Shown here in pieces: positions 62,270 through 64,000 of a stretch of 64,000 nucleotides of DNA. The stretch covers positions 1 to 64,000 of IMG/VR virus record IMGVR_UViG_2931369376_000001; one strand, given 5' to 3'. Position numbers and translations under genes: made by a program. The notes under the pieces were generated by a model. That model made no database searches. It saw only the letters and a program-made list of their open reading frames with translations, and was not told the origin of the DNA. Position 1 is the stretch's first letter; every line of letters starts with the position of its first letter. Source of the DNA: a virus. Taxonomy: Duplodnaviria; Caudoviricetes.

Positions 62270-62998
62270 TTACAGGCCCATTTTCCGGCGCAGACGCATG
62301 GACTTGGCGCGGCGGATCTTCGCGGCGCCGCTGAAGGCCTTGCGCTGCATCTTGCGTACCGCGGCCTTCTGCGCGGCGTTGAGCCGGATGGTGCCTGCAA
62401 TGCGCTTGTTGATGCGCACCTTCTTGCCACCGCGAACGACGATCTTCTTGCGGTAGGTTGCATCCAGCATGTCGTCGTCGCCGCCGTCAACAAAGCGACC
62501 GGCATCGTCCAGCATGGCTTCTTCGCCGTCGGGAAGCTTGTCCAGCAGCGCTTCATGCACGCGCTCGGCCACATCGTTGTCGAAGGACGCATCGCCGATC
62601 AGTGCGTCGATATCGTCCTCAGGAATGCCCTTGTCCTCCAGGTAGTCGCCCACCACCTCCGCGACCATGCCCGCATATTCAACTTCGTCTTCGGTCAGGT
62701 CATTTTCGCTGTGAGCCGCGGTGCCCACGACCAGCGCCAGGAGCCGGTCGCCGTAGCCCTCACCCTCGGCCAAGTCATCGGTCTGCGCCCACTCGGCGAT
62801 CACCCGGGTAGCATCCAGGCGCACGTCCTCGGTGTACACGACGTCTGGCACTTCCTCGGCGCCCTTGTTGTCGTTGTTTTCGGTGTTGGCGTTGTCGAGC
62901 ATGTTGCCCGCATCGTTTTCGGTGCTGCCAGCAGCGGCCTTTTGCACGGCCAGCGCAACGGCAGAAGCGTTTTTCATGATGTCGCTGATCATGTTCAT
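62270..62998 (-). CDS. P1 gp21-like virion protein
   Basis: Acidic body plus very basic tail AAQKAAVRK...AAKIRRAKSMRLRRK. Confidence 0.75.
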   Translation of the reverse strand: MNMISDIMKNASAVALAVQKAAAGSTENDAGNMLDNANTENNDNKGAEEVPDVVYTEDVRLDATRVIAEWAQTDDLAEGEGYGDRLLALVVGTAAHSENDLTEDEVEYAGMVAEVVGDYLEDKGIPEDDIDALIGDASFDNDVAERVHEALLDKLPDGEEAMLDDAGRFVDGGDDDMLDATYRKKIVVRGGKKVRINKRIAGTIRLNAAQKAAVRKMQRKAFSGAAKIRRAKSMRLRRKMGL

Positions 62999-64000
62999 TT
63001 ATGCCCCCTTGGTTTGACGCACAATGGTCTGTTGAGCTTTGGTGATTCGGTTGGTGCCCTGGTAGCACACGTCGTAGAGCACGGACATGACGTCATAGGG
63101 CGCGGATTCGTCCGGCTGCACCAGGCTTTGCCAGGCAGCACCGTTCAACTCGGCGGTACCGTTGAACCAGCCAGCCGACTCGCAAGCTGGGAGCAGGCTC
63201 TTGCCCAAGAAGCGAGTCATCATCGTGACCGCCTCGTTCATGGGTTTTTGCAAGGTTTCCTGGGCATAAGCCGCTACCTTGTCGTCCAGGAAGGTCGCCA
63301 TTTCAGCCACCGCAATCAATTTGGTGGCCCCGGTGGTTTGTTTGCCGGTCAGCGAATCGACCCAGGCGTACTTCCCGCCGCTGGTTGGATAGTCCCTGTA
63401 GATGCAGGGGTTGATCTGGTTTTCGGCCAGCAACTCCAGGTCATCGACTTCGTTCACTTCATAGGTCTGCGTGATGTTGGTGCCCTTGAGCCCGTAATCA
63501 CTGCCCGCAATTACACGGTTGCGCGGCGCAATACCCTTGGCGTTCACCTGGGCGTTACGCGCGCAGCGCAGGCCAATTTGCTGGCCAGAGGTGCCAAAGT
63601 GCGCCTTGCCGCCGGCGATTGGATTGTCGCGCTTGAGCGGCGCCCAATATGCATGAGCATATTCGGTTTTGACGCTCGCCCCGATCGATTGAACGAACGC
63701 AGCAGCTGCCTCCGGAGACAGTCGTCCGGGAATGTCGTATGGGAACTGCTTATTCAGTTCCCGGCCCAGGTCAGCCATCAGCGACAAAAGCGCAACGTTC
63801 TCGGTACCGCCGGCGTTCAAGTACGTAAAGTTCGGCTTGGCGCGGCGCAGGCGATCAGCAGCCGCAGCCATTTCCGCAGAGGTGTACACCATGCGGCCTT
63901 CGGTAAAGTAATCCAGCCGAGACGAAACAAACTTGTCCTGGTTATTGGCCTTACCGTAGAAACCGCACGTTACTGGCACTTCAGCATTTTCCGCGACCTC
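62999..64000 (-). CDS. tail sheath protein (P1 gp22-like), 5' end beyond the window
   Basis: Frame open to the window edge; ENQINPC, WVDSLTG; synteny 22-21-pmgG-bplB. Confidence 0.75.
   Translation of the reverse strand, partial: EVAENAEVPVTCGFYGKANNQDKFVSSRLDYFTEGRMVYTSAEMAAAADRLRRAKPNFTYLNAGGTENVALLSLMADLGRELNKQFPYDIPGRLSPEAAAAFVQSIGASVKTEYAHAYWAPLKRDNPIAGGKAHFGTSGQQIGLRCARNAQVNAKGIAPRNRVIAGSDYGLKGTNITQTYEVNEVDDLELLAENQINPCIYRDYPTSGGKYAWVDSLTGKQTTGATKLIAVAEMATFLDDKVAAYAQETLQKPMNEAVTMMTRFLGKSLLPACESAGWFNGTAELNGAAWQSLVQPDESAPYDVMSVLYDVCYQGTNRITKAQQTIVRQTKGA

Overview
The whole window lies inside one large, GC-rich temperate myophage, probably of a Pseudomonas-like host (inferred from the RdgC, NdpA/YejK, GH19 endolysin and spanin repertoire). 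Its virion genes resemble those of phage P1: portal Prt, protease Pro, BplA, BplB, PmgA, PmgB, PmgG, Tub, gp16, 21, 22, 24, 25, 26 and Hdf. These homologies are recalled from memory, not searched. No host genes, tRNAs, IS elements or CRISPR arrays were recognised. The element carries three maintenance modules: a pBBR1-type plasmid Rep with a palindromic iteron array, a lambda-O-like lytic initiator with an internal iteron origin, and a tyrosine integrase with phage genes on both sides. It therefore looks like a phage-plasmid. Most notable observations: (1) two intact but catalytically dead paralogs of the phage's own large terminase (a pseudo-ATPase ORF, and a pseudo-nuclease domain inserted in another protein), both upstream of terL; (2) an unannotated type I toxin-antitoxin-like module, a 32-aa peptide plus a divergent ~87-nt sRNA sharing an exact 20-nt seed; (3) a regulatory code readable from the DNA: an asymmetric 11-bp operator TATCCCCGGAC, eight late promoters GCAAAS-N29-(-10), three 37-bp early promoters and two LexA boxes; (4) a recurrent (M/L)LD(S/A) motif concentrated in head proteins, suggesting an Asp-specific prohead protease; (5) a ~400-nt structured ncRNA candidate.
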